DNA of 64,000 nucleotides from Francisella tularensis subsp. holarctica (GTDB lineage Bacteria; Pseudomonadota; Gammaproteobacteria; Francisellales; CACEW01): NCBI GenBank assembly GCA_945879065.1, contig CAMCUU010000003.1, positions 2,079 to 66,078 of the forward strand, read 5' to 3'. Shown piece by piece: positions 62,904 to 64,000 of this stretch (position 1 is its first letter; each line of letters starts with the position of its first letter). The notes under the pieces were generated by a model. It saw only the letters and a program-made list of their open reading frames with translations, ran no database searches and was not told where the DNA came from. The position numbers and the translations under genes were made by a program.

Positions 62904-63923
62904 TTAATTAATTCCGCTAATGCTCAGTACATTGCCAGTAATTTTTGTCGCAGAAAATTTCCTGGCTTTTGACTTGGCGCTGATGTTTTCTGGGTTGATT
63001 AACGACCAGTAATAATTCTCACGACCTTTCAATAAATTTGGGTTGGAAAAATAGTTTGACCACTCAGAAACTTTGAGTTCCCAGGGCTCTTTATCGTCTG
63101 GTGTGAAGCAGGGGATTTTGGTCCTATTTTTAATGCTTTGAAGAAAAAAAGTATGTTCAGCATCGTTTTCATAGAGATCGATAAATTCATTGAGAGTCCT
63201 ATCTGTATGGATCATCAAATATTGGGACATCCCTTCTGAATTGACTAAAAGCATGCCGCCATTTTTATCGGATAAATAATATTCAATGATATTTTTTTCG
63301 AGGCAGAGTTTTTCGAAAAAAGCAGCAAAAGCAGGGTCGCTTTGAGGCAGCCTAAAACCAGATTCAAGATGATTCAAAAGTGGTGTTGAGCGATCAATGA
63401 AATATTGTCTCTGAAGTCTTTTAATCTGATTTTGTAACTCTTGATCAAGGTTGGGATTATCCTTGCAAATAAAGCAGTCAATGAGCCCTTTATTAAAAGC
63501 ATCTACCGCTATTTGAAGATCTGACATGCCCGTCAGTAATATTTTTTTAGCAGACATGGCTTTGAGTTTTTCAGCAAGCTCAATGCCGGTCATTCCTGGC
63601 ATTTTGTAATCAATGATAATGACAGGAATGTCTTTTTGTTTTTTAGAGGAATGCCGAAGATTTCTTAATAATTTAAAATCGAAGTCCACTGGAAGGTGGT
63701 CTGGTAAATCATATTCTTCATGATCTTCACAAGCCTGAAGAAAGGCAGAAGCTTTATGAGGAGGCTGATAATTTGAAAAGAATTTCAAAGCTTCATGAGG
63801 GTCAAGAATGGATTTGATCTCAAAGTTTTCTTTGAGACAGTAGGAAAATGCCTGAAGAAAAATAGGGTCATCGTCAATCCAATAAATCGGGGAGGCGTAA
63901 TAAAAAAATGGAACACAGGACAT
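62904..63923 (-). CDS. response regulator with receiver domain and unassigned ~200-aa output domain
   Basis: Receiver motifs WIDDDP, VIIIDYKMPGMTGIE and ILLTGMSD. The C-terminal domain is unknown. Confidence 0.75.
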   Translation of the reverse strand: MSCVPFFYYASPIYWIDDDPIFLQAFSYCLKENFEIKSILDPHEALKFFSNYQPPHKASAFLQACEDHEEYDLPDHLPVDFDFKLLRNLRHSSKKQKDIPVIIIDYKMPGMTGIELAEKLKAMSAKKILLTGMSDLQIAVDAFNKGLIDCFICKDNPNLDQELQNQIKRLQRQYFIDRSTPLLNHLESGFRLPQSDPAFAAFFEKLCLEKNIIEYYLSDKNGGMLLVNSEGMSQYLMIHTDRTLNEFIDLYENDAEHTFFLQSIKNRTKIPCFTPDDKEPWELKVSEWSNYFSNPNLLKGRENYYWSLINPENISAKSKARKFSATKITGNVLSISGIN

Positions 63924-64000
63924 GATTAAGACCTATAAAATGTAACCAATACATGGAAGGTGAGCAGACTCAACAAATTGCAGGTGTTTTGCAAGTGGGT

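Noticed and set aside
1-64000. Search for rRNA, tRNA, transposase/IS ends, integrase, reverse transcriptase and cas genes.
   Set aside because: No ORF or sequence in the window showed the corresponding motifs (no DDE/tyrosine-recombinase signatures, no tRNA-like GTTCGAATC arms outside coding sequence). None is reported.

Overview
This is a gene-dense, AT-rich window. It reads like part of a large mobilisable or conjugative plasmid from a Legionellales-like intracellular gammaproteobacterium; the host assignment is inference only.

**Backbone (about 44.8-57.5 kb).**
- A Ti/MOBQ-type TraA relaxase with an RSF1010-like oriT, followed by TraC/TraD-like, TraF and TraB-like genes.
- A Rep initiator with 13 iterons, parA, parB and an RHH-like gene.
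- The whole rep-par module is bracketed by 48-bp inverted repeats.

**Cargo.**
- At least four toxin-antitoxin modules: BrnTA-like, RelE/AbrB-like, RelE/HTH and AbiEi/AbiEii.
- An msr/mph-like ABC-F + phosphotransferase + chloramphenicol-phosphotransferase-like cluster.
- An AdaA-AlkA fusion with Ogt, MFS/LysE/AaeAB-like exporters, and a MarR-controlled quinone/glutathione detoxification operon.
- GNATs, LuxR-type regulators, a pentapeptide-repeat protein and a four-gene two-component operon.
- Decayed remnants of tag, AbiEii and a split nuclease-like gene.

**Most unusual locus (2996-17666, minus strand).** A 3903-aa ankyrin-rich giant protein is translationally coupled to a highly divergent 990-aa SecA-like ATPase. 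This operon alone carries seven copies of a ~63-bp palindromic element plus three REP-like hairpins. All of them are read through in-frame, in both orientations, and they sit at module boundaries. This resembles Rickettsia palindromic elements.

No rRNA, tRNA, CRISPR array, transposase or integrase was seen. All calls rest on reading the sequence and motifs by eye; no searches were run.
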